From an uncultured Bacteroidia bacterium (GTDB lineage Bacteria > Bacteroidota > Bacteroidia > Bacteroidales > F082): a DNA stretch of 64,000 bases. The notes under the pieces were generated by a model that saw only the letters and a program-made list of their open reading frames with translations, was not told the origin of the DNA and searched no databases. This document shows positions 18,519 through 26,989 of the stretch, piece by piece. The translations under genes and the position numbers were made by a program. The stretch spans positions 3,865 to 67,864 of the forward strand of contig CACZNA010000007.1 in the NCBI GenBank assembly GCA_902782455.1. The letters run 5' to 3'. Positions within the stretch are counted from its first letter, which is position 1, and every line of letters starts with the position of its first letter.

Positions 18519-20330
18519 ATGGAAAATTTCGTCGTATCAGCAAGAAAATACAGGCCAATGACCTTCGACACCGTTGTGGGTCAAGGCTCCATCACCAACA
18601 CCTTGAAAAACGCCATCCGCAACAACACCTTGGCGCAAGCCTTCCTGTTTTGCGGGCCGCGCGGCGTGGGCAAGACCACTTGCGCGCGCATCATGGCCAA
18701 GACCATCAACTGCCTGAATCCCACCGAGAACATGGAGGCTTGCAACGAGTGCGAATCGTGCCGCGCCTTCAACAACAACGCCTCGTTCAACATCTATGAG
18801 CTTGACGCTGCATCAAATAACTCCGTCGAGGACATCCGCAGCTTGGTCGACCAAGTGAGGATTCCGCCACAAATCGGACAGTATAAGGTCTACATCATCG
18901 ACGAGGTTCACATGCTTTCTGCGGCGGCCTTCAATGCTTTCCTGAAAACCTTGGAAGAGCCGCCTGCGTATGCCAAATTCATCTTGGCCACGACGGAGAA
19001 ACACAAAATCATCCCTACCATCCTTTCACGCTGCCAAATCTTTGACTTCAAACGGATTACGGTGGATGACATTGCCAAACATTTGGCTTTTGTCGCCCAA
19101 AGCGAAGGCGTGAACGCCGAGCCTGAAGCCCTGAACATCATCGCGCAGAAAGCCGATGGTGCCTTGCGTGACGCGCTTTCCATTTTTGACCAAATGGTGA
19201 GTTTCAGCGGCAAGAACATCACCTACAAGGATGTCATTGACAACCTGAACGTTTTGGACTACGACTATTACTTCCAAATCGTTGACCACATCCTGCAAGG
19301 CAACACGAGCGACATCCTCTTGATTTTGAACGACATCATCAGCAAAGGATTTGAACCACAGCATTTTGTGAGCGGCATGGGCAACCATTTGAGAAGCCTT
19401 TTGGTATGCAAAGACGCGGTGACGGTGCAACTTTTAGAGGTCAGCGAACAATTGAGGCAAAAATATCTGGCCCAAGCACAGGCCTGTCCCCTGCCCTTCC
19501 TGATTAAAGCCTTGGAAATCAACAACCAATGCGACATCGACTACCGCGCCGCCAACAACAAACGGCTGCATTTGGAAATCGCATTAATGAAAATGTGCGC
19601 CTTGTGCAGCAGTGCCTTGACCATGCCGACGGCACAGGCGCAACCGGTGCAAATGCCACAAAACAGGCCAGCGCAACAACAATCTACATCTTTGACAGCG
19701 GGTCATGACCCGCTGCCGCTGCCAGCACAAGCAGCACAACAACAACCTACACCAGCTATGACAACGGGGCATGCCCCGTTGCCGCCAACCCACAATCCAA
19801 ATCCTATCCAAACAACAACAATTCAACAATCAACCGCTCCCGTTTCGACAGGCTCAACGTCCGCACAACCCGTAGTAAGGCCACGCGGCACCACCAGCGG
19901 CATCAGCATCAACAAGGCCATGCAGCAAGCCGAGCAAAAAGCCGAGGAAAAGGAGGAAACGTGGGACTCGCCCTTCACGCAAGAGCAACTGACGGCATCG
20001 TGGGCCGACTTTGTCAACCGTTACAAGAACATATCTCAAAGCTTTGCCGCCGCTATCGGGAAATACACACCTAAATTAATAGGCAGCTCCGAAATCCATT
20101 TCAGCGTGGACAACAAGCTCTTCGAGAGCAATACCGAAGGCATGGGAGCCTTGCGCAACCATCTGAAAAACAACCTCCACAACAACCAATTCATGCTCGT
20201 CCCCGAGTTGATGGAACGCCCCGCCGAAATCGAGGCCTACACCGACAAAGACAAGTTCGAAAAAATGGTGGAGGAACGGCCTTATTTGCGGACTTTGCAA
20301 ACGGAGTTAAAGTTGGAGGGAGATTTGTAA
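18519..20330 (+). CDS. dnaX: DNA polymerase III subunit gamma/tau
   Basis: YRPMTFDTVVGQ..FLFCGPRGVGKTTCARI (Walker A), a Cys4 zinc module (CNECESC), and YIIDEVHMLS. Has a Pro/Gln-rich linker. Confidence 0.95.
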   Translation: MENFVVSARKYRPMTFDTVVGQGSITNTLKNAIRNNTLAQAFLFCGPRGVGKTTCARIMAKTINCLNPTENMEACNECESCRAFNNNASFNIYELDAASNNSVEDIRSLVDQVRIPPQIGQYKVYIIDEVHMLSAAAFNAFLKTLEEPPAYAKFILATTEKHKIIPTILSRCQIFDFKRITVDDIAKHLAFVAQSEGVNAEPEALNIIAQKADGALRDALSIFDQMVSFSGKNITYKDVIDNLNVLDYDYYFQIVDHILQGNTSDILLILNDIISKGFEPQHFVSGMGNHLRSLLVCKDAVTVQLLEVSEQLRQKYLAQAQACPLPFLIKALEINNQCDIDYRAANNKRLHLEIALMKMCALCSSALTMPTAQAQPVQMPQNRPAQQQSTSLTAGHDPLPLPAQAAQQQPTPAMTTGHAPLPPTHNPNPIQTTTIQQSTAPVSTGSTSAQPVVRPRGTTSGISINKAMQQAEQKAEEKEETWDSPFTQEQLTASWADFVNRYKNISQSFAAAIGKYTPKLIGSSEIHFSVDNKLFESNTEGMGALRNHLKNNLHNNQFMLVPELMERPAEIEAYTDKDKFEKMVEERPYLRTLQTELKLEGDL

Positions 20331-20396
20331 ATGCGGAATGCGGAATGCAGAATGCGGAATGCAGAATTATGAATGCAGAATGCGGAATTAGGAATG
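20331..20396. repeat. Heptamer tandem repeat (ATGCGGA/ATGCAGA/ATTAKGA) x about 9.4
   Basis: Begins immediately after the dnaX stop codon: atgcgga atgcgga atgcaga atgcgga atgcaga attatga atgcaga atgcgga attagga atg. Confidence 0.9.
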
Positions 20397-20413
20397 TTAA
20401 ATCTTGAAATTAG

Positions 20414-20455
20414 AAATCTTTGAATTTTAAATCTTTGAATTTTAAATCTTTAAAT
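20414..20455. repeat. 15-mer tandem repeat AAATCTTTGAATTTT x2 plus terminal AAATCTTTAAAT
   Basis: Direct reading. The terminal 12-mer lies 9 nt upstream of the pepO-like ATG. Confidence 0.85.
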
Positions 20456-20464
20456 AATCAAATA

Positions 20465-22510
20465 ATGAAAAAAAGAAACGTTATCGCCATGATGATCTTG
20501 ACAACAGTGGCAACCGGCTGCGGTGAAAAGGCAGTCGAAACACAAGAACCCAAGAAAGAAGTCGTTCCAGCCATCGAATTGGGCAACATGGACACCAACA
20601 TCAATCCTGCGGACGACTTTTTCCGCTATTGCAACAACAACTGGATGAAGAACAATCCGATTCCGGAAGAGTATTCCACCTTCGGGGCCTTCACCGAAAT
20701 CGACCAGCGTAATGAAATCCTCATTCAGGAGATTATTGACGAAGTGTCGCAAGACGCCAATGCCGCCCAAGGCAGCGTGGCACAGAAAATCCGCGACTTC
20801 TACAACGCTGGTATGGACAGCGTGGCCATCAACGAGCGCGGTTACAGCGAGTTGAAGCCTTATTTCGAGATGATCGACAACCTGAACGACAAGGCACAAT
20901 TGGCCGTGCTGATGGGCAAGTTCCACAGCGACGGCATTGGAGGTTTCTTTGGAGCAGGCGGCAGTCCCGACCCCAAGAATGCCGAAATGGTCATCATGCA
21001 CCTCTACCAAGGCGGGCTGAGCCTCACCGACCGCGACGACTACCTGAAGGAAGAGACGCAAGAAATGCGCGACAAGTATGTGGAGCACGTCGCCAAGATG
21101 TTTGAACTCACCGGCACTGCCCCCGATGCCGCTACCGACAAAGCCAAGCGCATCCTCGCCCTCGAAACCGAGATGGCCAAAAACTCGATGAGCCGCGTTG
21201 AACGCCGCGACCCCGACAAAACCTACAACATGAGGACTTTGGTCGAATTGCAGAAATCCACGCCCAACTTCGATTGGAACACCTATTTCAAGAATGCCGG
21301 CGCCCCGACGATCGAAAGCCTCAACGTGGGTATGCCCGACTACATTGCCGCTTTGGGCAAAATCATCAGCAAAACCGACCTCGAAACCCTCAAGGACTAC
21401 TTGCGCTGGAAGGTCATCCACGGCAGCGCTTCCATGCTGAGCAGCGACTTAGACAACGAGAACTTCAACTTCTACGGCAACTACCTTTATGGCCAGGAAG
21501 TGCAGCAACCCCGTTGGCGCCGCGTGCTTGACGCAACCTCCGGCTGCTTGGGTGAGGCCGTCGGCCAACTCTATGTGGAGAAGCACTTCCCCGCCGAGGC
21601 CAAAGCCAGAATGTTGGAACTCGTCGGCAACCTGCGCGTGGCCTTGGGCGAGCGCATCAAGAACCTTGAATGGATGAGCGAAGACACCAAAGCCAAAGCC
21701 CTTGTCAAACTCGACGCCTTCAATGTGAAAATCGGCTATCCCGACAAGTGGAAGGATTACAGCAAGTATGAAGTCACCCCGGAGTCGTATTTCGAGAATG
21801 TACACCGCGCCATCCGCTTTGAAAATGAGAGAGACATGGCCAAAATCGGCAAGCCCGTCGACAAGGACGAATGGTTCATGACGCCTCAAACCGTCAACGC
21901 CTACTACAGCCCCGAGATGAACGAAATCGTGTTCCCCGCCGCCATCCTGCAACCGCCTTTCTTCAATATGGATGCTGACGATGCCATCAACTACGGCGGC
22001 ATTGGCGTGGTGATTGGCCACGAAATGACCCACGGCTTCGACGACCAAGGCTGCAAGTACGACGAAAAAGGCAACCTCAACAACTGGTGGACCGAGGAAG
22101 ATTCCAAGAAATTCAACGAGCGCACTGCCCAATTGGCCAAGTTGTTCGACGAATTCCAAGTGCGTGGCTACCAAATCAATGGCCAGCTGACCCTTGGCGA
22201 GAACATCGCCGACCTCGGTGGCCTGAATGTGGCCTGGGACGCCTACCAAATGACCGACGAGGCCAAGGCCAACCAGAACATCGACGGCTTCACGCCCGCC
22301 CAGCGTTTCTTCATCAGCTATGGCACCATCTGGCGCAACAACTCCCGCGGCAAGTACCTTGAGCGCCAAGTTGTCACCGACGTACACTCGCCCGCCGAAG
22401 CCCGCGTCAACCGCACCCTCGGCTCGATGCCACACTTCTATGAGGCTTTCGAGATTCTGCCTGAAAACAAGATGTATATCGCTCCGGAGGAACGCGCTGC
22501 GATTTGGTAA
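20465..22510 (+). CDS. pepO: M13 family zinc metallopeptidase (PepO / endothelin-converting-enzyme-like), lipoprotein
   Basis: Start at MKKRNVIAMMILTTVATGC (lipobox). VIGHEMTHGFD (HExxH) and GENIADLGG motifs. Confidence 0.9.
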   Translation: MKKRNVIAMMILTTVATGCGEKAVETQEPKKEVVPAIELGNMDTNINPADDFFRYCNNNWMKNNPIPEEYSTFGAFTEIDQRNEILIQEIIDEVSQDANAAQGSVAQKIRDFYNAGMDSVAINERGYSELKPYFEMIDNLNDKAQLAVLMGKFHSDGIGGFFGAGGSPDPKNAEMVIMHLYQGGLSLTDRDDYLKEETQEMRDKYVEHVAKMFELTGTAPDAATDKAKRILALETEMAKNSMSRVERRDPDKTYNMRTLVELQKSTPNFDWNTYFKNAGAPTIESLNVGMPDYIAALGKIISKTDLETLKDYLRWKVIHGSASMLSSDLDNENFNFYGNYLYGQEVQQPRWRRVLDATSGCLGEAVGQLYVEKHFPAEAKARMLELVGNLRVALGERIKNLEWMSEDTKAKALVKLDAFNVKIGYPDKWKDYSKYEVTPESYFENVHRAIRFENERDMAKIGKPVDKDEWFMTPQTVNAYYSPEMNEIVFPAAILQPPFFNMDADDAINYGGIGVVIGHEMTHGFDDQGCKYDEKGNLNNWWTEEDSKKFNERTAQLAKLFDEFQVRGYQINGQLTLGENIADLGGLNVAWDAYQMTDEAKANQNIDGFTPAQRFFISYGTIWRNNSRGKYLERQVVTDVHSPAEARVNRTLGSMPHFYEAFEILPENKMYIAPEERAAIW

Positions 22511-22541
22511 TCCGAATGTTGCCTATAAATCATTAATGAAA

Positions 22542-22590
22542 GAAGGCCATCTGCTCCTTGCATTCTGGAGCGATGGCCTTCGCTTTTTTA
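22542..22590 (+). terminator. Rho-independent terminator of the M13 peptidase gene
   Basis: gaaggccatc(t)gctcc-ttgcattct-ggagcgatggccttc gives a 15-bp stem with one bulge, followed by gctttttta. Confidence 0.8.
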
Positions 22591-22600
22591 TGGATTCATC

Positions 22601-22783
22601 GGCAGGGGTTCACACCGGCAGGGGTTTACACCGCCTGCCTAACATCCTTTCACCCCTATGGGGTTCCTCCGCACCCCTGACCAAGTCACGGAGTGACGCA
22701 GGATAGTAGGCAGGGGTGAAATGAAATGCAACCCCTGCCGATAATAATCATAACCCCTGCCGGCAAAAAAACAAACCCCTGCC
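22601..22783. repeat. Cluster of GGCAGGGGT motifs: three direct then three inverted (ACCCCTGCC)
   Basis: GGCAGGGGT at 22601, 22617 and 22709. ACCCCTGCC at 22731, 22753 and 22775. Also ACCCCTATGGGGT at 22652. Confidence 0.85.
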
Positions 22784-22861
22784 AAAACACGGCTGCCGCA
22801 TTGCGACAGCCCTACAACCCCGAACCTGTAAGACTGTCACACCATGTCAGCCGCACACCCC

Positions 22862-22902
22862 AAAACAAAAAAAGTAGAGGCGCCACATTGTGACGTCTCT
22901 AC
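22862..22902 (-). terminator. Rho-independent terminator for the 22970-24571 gene
   Basis: On the minus strand, gtagagacg-tcacaatgtgg-cgcctctac is followed by ttttttgttttg. Confidence 0.65.
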
Positions 22903-22969
22903 AATCATACGGGAATGGCAAATTCGCAAGAACGGCTGCCAAACGCCTTGCCTCTGCCAACACATAAAA

Positions 22970-24571
22970 CTAATTCTCGACAGGGCGAACAAGGCGCACA
23001 CTTTGACCGTTGCACCTTTCGTATTTGACGTACGATTGGAGGTTCGACTCTTCGAAGGACATGCATTTCGCGCCGTATTGATCTTCGTGCGAGGCCGACC
23101 AGTAGTAGCCTTTGCTGCCCACATCGTGGAAACTAGTGTGGGAATCAGTGAATTTGCGTTTGCCCGCAGCCGGCAGGAAGACCGCACCTGCTTGCTCCAA
23201 GGTGTTCCATTGCGAAGCCAAGATAGTATTGCTGCTGAAGCTGGCACCACTGCTGTTGGTGTTGCTCAAACTGTAGGTGTCGCTGCTCCAGTCGTCGGGC
23301 AGCAGGATTACTCCATTCACATCGTTCACCTTGGCCTTGGCATAACGGATGCCTGTGCTCGTTGCGCGGGTTTCGAGGATATATACCCATTCGGGACGGG
23401 ACAACGTTCTCCACTTGTGTTCCTCGCCGCCGCCGTTGCTTATCGCGTTGTAACCCCAATCGGCTTTGCCGGATTCGTTGAACAGGTCTTTATTGGTCCC
23501 ACCGTAGGCATAATATTTAAAAGAATTATTATCACAACTCCAAGGCTGGTAGCAGGTGGCACCGTGGTTGTAGCCGCTCGTTCCCCAGCCGAAGAGGTCG
23601 TAATCGGCGGTCGCAACGCCGGCGCCCTGTCCATCACCAAGATAATCCCACTGGTGGTTGGCAAACTTCCAGTAAGGCGTGGCGGCACTGCCAATGTATT
23701 GCAGGTTGCCTTGCGAGAAATACACTTGGTCGTTATTGCTGTTTATGGTGAACTTGCCGTTGATGGCGCCTGTGGGAACGGATGACGTAGCCGTCAGCGT
23801 CATGGTGGCGTCGGTCAGGAAGCCGTTGGTGTAGGCCGCCGAGGGGATGCTGAACGTGCCCTCGTAGCCTTCCGCGCTGATGGTGCCATTGGTCACCGCA
23901 GCTTGGTCGCTGAGCACCACGGCATAGCGTGTCGAGCCAGTGCCGTAGGTCACGATGTTGCCCGTCGTCGTGCCGTTGGTCACCGTGCCGTCGAAGCCGA
24001 TGGTGGCCTGGGTCTTCACGCCCGTGAGCGTAATCGCAGCGTCGGCGCTCACCTCGCCCAAGTCGAACTTCACCAAGGCGCACTTGTTGCGCAGGGTAGC
24101 GGTGTAGTCCGATTTGGTTGCGCTGAAGTTCTCGTTGGAGGCCGCACACGAAATCACGGCAATGCCATTGCTTTGGTCGCTGATGTTGAAGATGTATTCG
24201 GTTGTGATGTTCTCGGTCAGGTTGGCGTGGAAGTTTTGGCCGCCCATGAAGACGAATTGCAGGGGCTGGCCTTCGGTGGCCGCAGTGCTGATGCTTCCCG
24301 CGAACAAGTGGCTGCCGCTGTTGTAGGTCAGGTAGCCCATGTACTTGCCGTTGCTGCCCACATACACCATGTCGCCGTTGTCGTAAACCACGTTGGCCAA
24401 CCCGTTTTCCTCTTCGGGATGCACCCTTTGTCCGCCGTTGTCGAGCGTCAGGGTGATGCTCACGCGGTTGCCGTTGTCGGCAGTGTTATTGTTTGTAGGT
24501 TCGTTTTTCTTGCATTGTGCCAGGCCCAGCACCATCAGGCAGGCCAAGGCGATCAAACTCAGTTTCTTCAT
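22970..24571 (-). CDS. Surface lipoprotein; N-terminal fimbrillin/Mfa-like region (weak), C-terminal FISUMP/DUF1566-like domain (weak)
   Basis: Lipobox MKKLSLIALACLMVLGLAQC. The C-terminal half has DLFGWGTSGYN.., WRTLSRPEWVYIL, AVFLPAAGKR.., YYWSAS.., and ends in CNGQSVRLVRPV, as in FISUMP/DUF1566-type domains. Confidence 0.5.
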   Translation of the reverse strand: MKKLSLIALACLMVLGLAQCKKNEPTNNNTADNGNRVSITLTLDNGGQRVHPEEENGLANVVYDNGDMVYVGSNGKYMGYLTYNSGSHLFAGSISTAATEGQPLQFVFMGGQNFHANLTENITTEYIFNISDQSNGIAVISCAASNENFSATKSDYTATLRNKCALVKFDLGEVSADAAITLTGVKTQATIGFDGTVTNGTTTGNIVTYGTGSTRYAVVLSDQAAVTNGTISAEGYEGTFSIPSAAYTNGFLTDATMTLTATSSVPTGAINGKFTINSNNDQVYFSQGNLQYIGSAATPYWKFANHQWDYLGDGQGAGVATADYDLFGWGTSGYNHGATCYQPWSCDNNSFKYYAYGGTNKDLFNESGKADWGYNAISNGGGEEHKWRTLSRPEWVYILETRATSTGIRYAKAKVNDVNGVILLPDDWSSDTYSLSNTNSSGASFSSNTILASQWNTLEQAGAVFLPAAGKRKFTDSHTSFHDVGSKGYYWSASHEDQYGAKCMSFEESNLQSYVKYERCNGQSVRLVRPVEN

Positions 24572-24593
24572 TTTTTCTTCTTTTTTTTGTTAC

Positions 24594-24932
24594 TTAATTC
24601 TGTTTGTTTTTCTTCGATTGGATGATGGCATAGCCCATGCCGGCGGCAAGCAGTATGCCGAGGCCGCCGCCCAAAGGAGCGCCGAACGGCTCGTTGCCAA
24701 TCTGGCTTCCGGCTGTGCCAAAGGCCTCATTGCCCAAGGTTGAGCCGTCACTGCGGTCGCCGTTGCCTCTCAGCAAAGCTCCGCCACTCTGGCTCGTTTG
24801 TTCTTTTTCAGCGTAATAGTTGTCAAGCATGTCGCCAAAGACACCTTGGGCGGATGCGCTGGCCGGCAGCATCATTCCCGCTGCCAGGCCGAGGGAAAAC
24901 ACGATGGCTTTCAGTTTTTTGCTGTTGTTCAT
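24594..24932 (-). CDS. Small secreted protein with duplicated GNE(A/P)FG motif and a C-terminal Gly-rich TM plus basic tail
   Basis: Signal MNNSKKLKAIVFSLGLAAGMMLPASASAQ. Tail ..LGNEAFGTAGSQIGNEPFGAPLGGGLGILLAAGMGYAIIQSKKNKQN. Lies 22 bp upstream of the lipoprotein gene on the same strand. Confidence 0.6.
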   Translation of the reverse strand: MNNSKKLKAIVFSLGLAAGMMLPASASAQGVFGDMLDNYYAEKEQTSQSGGALLRGNGDRSDGSTLGNEAFGTAGSQIGNEPFGAPLGGGLGILLAAGMGYAIIQSKKNKQN

Positions 24933-24940
24933 TTTTTATT

Positions 24941-24976
24941 GATTTAAAGATTTAAGATTTAAGATTCAAGATTCAA
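24941..24976. repeat. Heptamer tandem repeat GATTTAA/GATTCAA x5
   Basis: gatttaaa gatttaa gatttaa gattcaa gattcaa. The reverse complement gives AAATCTT-type units ending in AAATCTTTAAAT, 9 nt before ATG 24932. Confidence 0.85.
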
Positions 24977-25442
24977 CTACAGATTGCACTGATTTTACGG
25001 AGTGGATACCGAAGTAATTATGCTGCCTCGCAGCGGACGGATACGGATATCCGTTTAATCCGTTTAATCCGTAGTTCCGATACAAAAAAATCCAAGACAA
25101 AGCCCATTGGCCCTGCCTTGGATAGAGGATATGCAAAAGTTTGGAAAGGAGATTTAGCCCCCCCCCAATTGCTTGATAATCAATGTTTTACATAGTAATT
25201 CCATTGGTTTTCTGTTTGAGGCTGCAAAATTACAAAAATATCTTTTTCCTATTTCATTTTTTACACGAATTTCCACCAATTGAACACGAATTTTCAAAAA
25301 TATCAATTTATGGAACAATTAACTCCGTTGAATCTGCGATTTCGTGATTCAATTCAATGGCAATTCGTGTTTTTCCTTTCTTTTTTCCATCTTTCGCCAA
25401 GAATTGTTTATTTTTGCAGTCGGATTCCAACTTTAGAACGCT

Positions 25443-26987
25443 ATGACTAAATATCCCATCGGCATACAGACATTCTCCAAAATCATCGAGGAAGGTTGGG
25501 CCTACGTCGACAAGACCGCCTTTGTCTACCAATTGGGCAAAAACGGTGGCTATTATTTCCTCAGTCGTCCACGCAGGTTCGGCAAAAGCCTGCTGCTCTC
25601 CACCATCGAAGCCTATTTCCAAGGCAAGAAGGAACTCTTCAAAGGTCTGGCTTTGGAGCAATTGGAAAAGGATTGGAAGGTTTATCCTGTTTTGCATTTG
25701 GATTTGAACGCAGAACGGTATGATACACCCGATAAACTGATTTCTATTATAGACAGGCACTTGCGCTTTTGGGAAAGCGAATACGGCAAGGAAGAAAACG
25801 ACAAAACACCAGCCGACAGATTTGTTGGGATCATCCGTCGCGCTTGCGAGCAAACAAAGCAAAAAGTCGTCATTTTGGTGGACGAATACGACAAACCTTT
25901 ACTGCAAGCCATCGGGGAAAAGGAACTCCAAGATGAATATCGTGCTGTGTTGAAATCATTTTATGGCGTTGCTAAAACAATGGACGGCTATATCAAAATG
26001 GCGTTTTTCACTGGGGTGACGAAGTTCTCCAAGGTCAGCGTTTTCAGCGACCTGAACAACCTGAAGGACATTTCTTTGGATTCCCGGTTTGTGGCGGCAT
26101 GTGGCATCACAGAGAAGGAAATCCATGATTACCTTGACGACGAGGTCGGGCAAATGGCCGAGGCCAACGGCATCGACAAAAACGCCTGCTACGAAAGATT
26201 GAAAAAAGAATATGACGGTTATCATTTTCGCGAAAACAGCGTCGGGATTTACAATCCATTCAGTCTGATCAATGCCCTTGACAGCCATGATTTCAAAGAC
26301 TTTTGGTTCGAGACCGGCACCCCGACTTTCCTCGTCGAGACTCTGAAACGCACCAATTACGAACTAGAAAACCTAACTCGAGAGGAAGTCACTGCCGACC
26401 TTTTGGGCAGCCTTGACAGTATTGACCAAAACCCGTTGCCTCTACTCTATCAGAGTGGTTATCTGACCATTAAAGATTACAACCCAGATTTCTGCACCTA
26501 CACTTTGGGCTTCCCCAATGGAGAAGTGGAAAGAGGTTTCACGAGATTCCTGTTTAGATACTATGCGCCCATAAAAATATACGAATCCGATTCGTTTGTC
26601 AAAAACTTCACCATTGAGGTGCGTAACGGCCAGCCCGAAAAGTTCATGTCGCGCCTCGAAGCCATGTTCGCCAATCAGGACTATCAAATTGTTGGCGATA
26701 CAGAATTGTATTTCCACAATGTCACCAGCCTTGTTTTCAAGTTGTTGGGATTTTATGTCGATGTGGAACGCCACACCACCGACGGGCGGATGGATATGCT
26801 CGTTCAAACCAAAGATTATATTTATATCTTTGAGTTTAAGATTGACAAGTCGGCTGATGAGGCTTTGAAGCAGATCGAGGAAAAGCAATATGCCAAGCCA
26901 TTTGAAACGGACTTGCGCAAACTTTATAAAATAGGTGTTAATTTCTCCAGCACAACCCGGAGGATAGAAAGTTGGAAAGTAGTTTAA
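25443..26987 (+). CDS. AAA-ATPase-like domain protein with C-terminal PD-(D/E)XK nuclease-like domain (DUF1703-type)
   Basis: The N-terminus, YPIGIQTFSKIIEEGWAYVDKTAFVYQL..YFLSRPRRFGKSLLLSTIEAYF, is typical of this Bacteroidales multi-copy family. The C-terminus reads GRMDMLVQTKDYIYIFEFKIDKSA. Confidence 0.8.
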   Translation: MTKYPIGIQTFSKIIEEGWAYVDKTAFVYQLGKNGGYYFLSRPRRFGKSLLLSTIEAYFQGKKELFKGLALEQLEKDWKVYPVLHLDLNAERYDTPDKLISIIDRHLRFWESEYGKEENDKTPADRFVGIIRRACEQTKQKVVILVDEYDKPLLQAIGEKELQDEYRAVLKSFYGVAKTMDGYIKMAFFTGVTKFSKVSVFSDLNNLKDISLDSRFVAACGITEKEIHDYLDDEVGQMAEANGIDKNACYERLKKEYDGYHFRENSVGIYNPFSLINALDSHDFKDFWFETGTPTFLVETLKRTNYELENLTREEVTADLLGSLDSIDQNPLPLLYQSGYLTIKDYNPDFCTYTLGFPNGEVERGFTRFLFRYYAPIKIYESDSFVKNFTIEVRNGQPEKFMSRLEAMFANQDYQIVGDTELYFHNVTSLVFKLLGFYVDVERHTTDGRMDMLVQTKDYIYIFEFKIDKSADEALKQIEEKQYAKPFETDLRKLYKIGVNFSSTTRRIESWKVV

Positions 26988-26989
26988 TT

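Noticed and set aside
20420-20464. Upstream TTG start of the M13 peptidase ORF (MNFKSLNFKSLNNQI...).
   Set aside because: These residues are simply the in-frame translation of the AAATCTTTGAATTTT tandem repeat. The lipoprotein signal peptide starts at ATG 20465.
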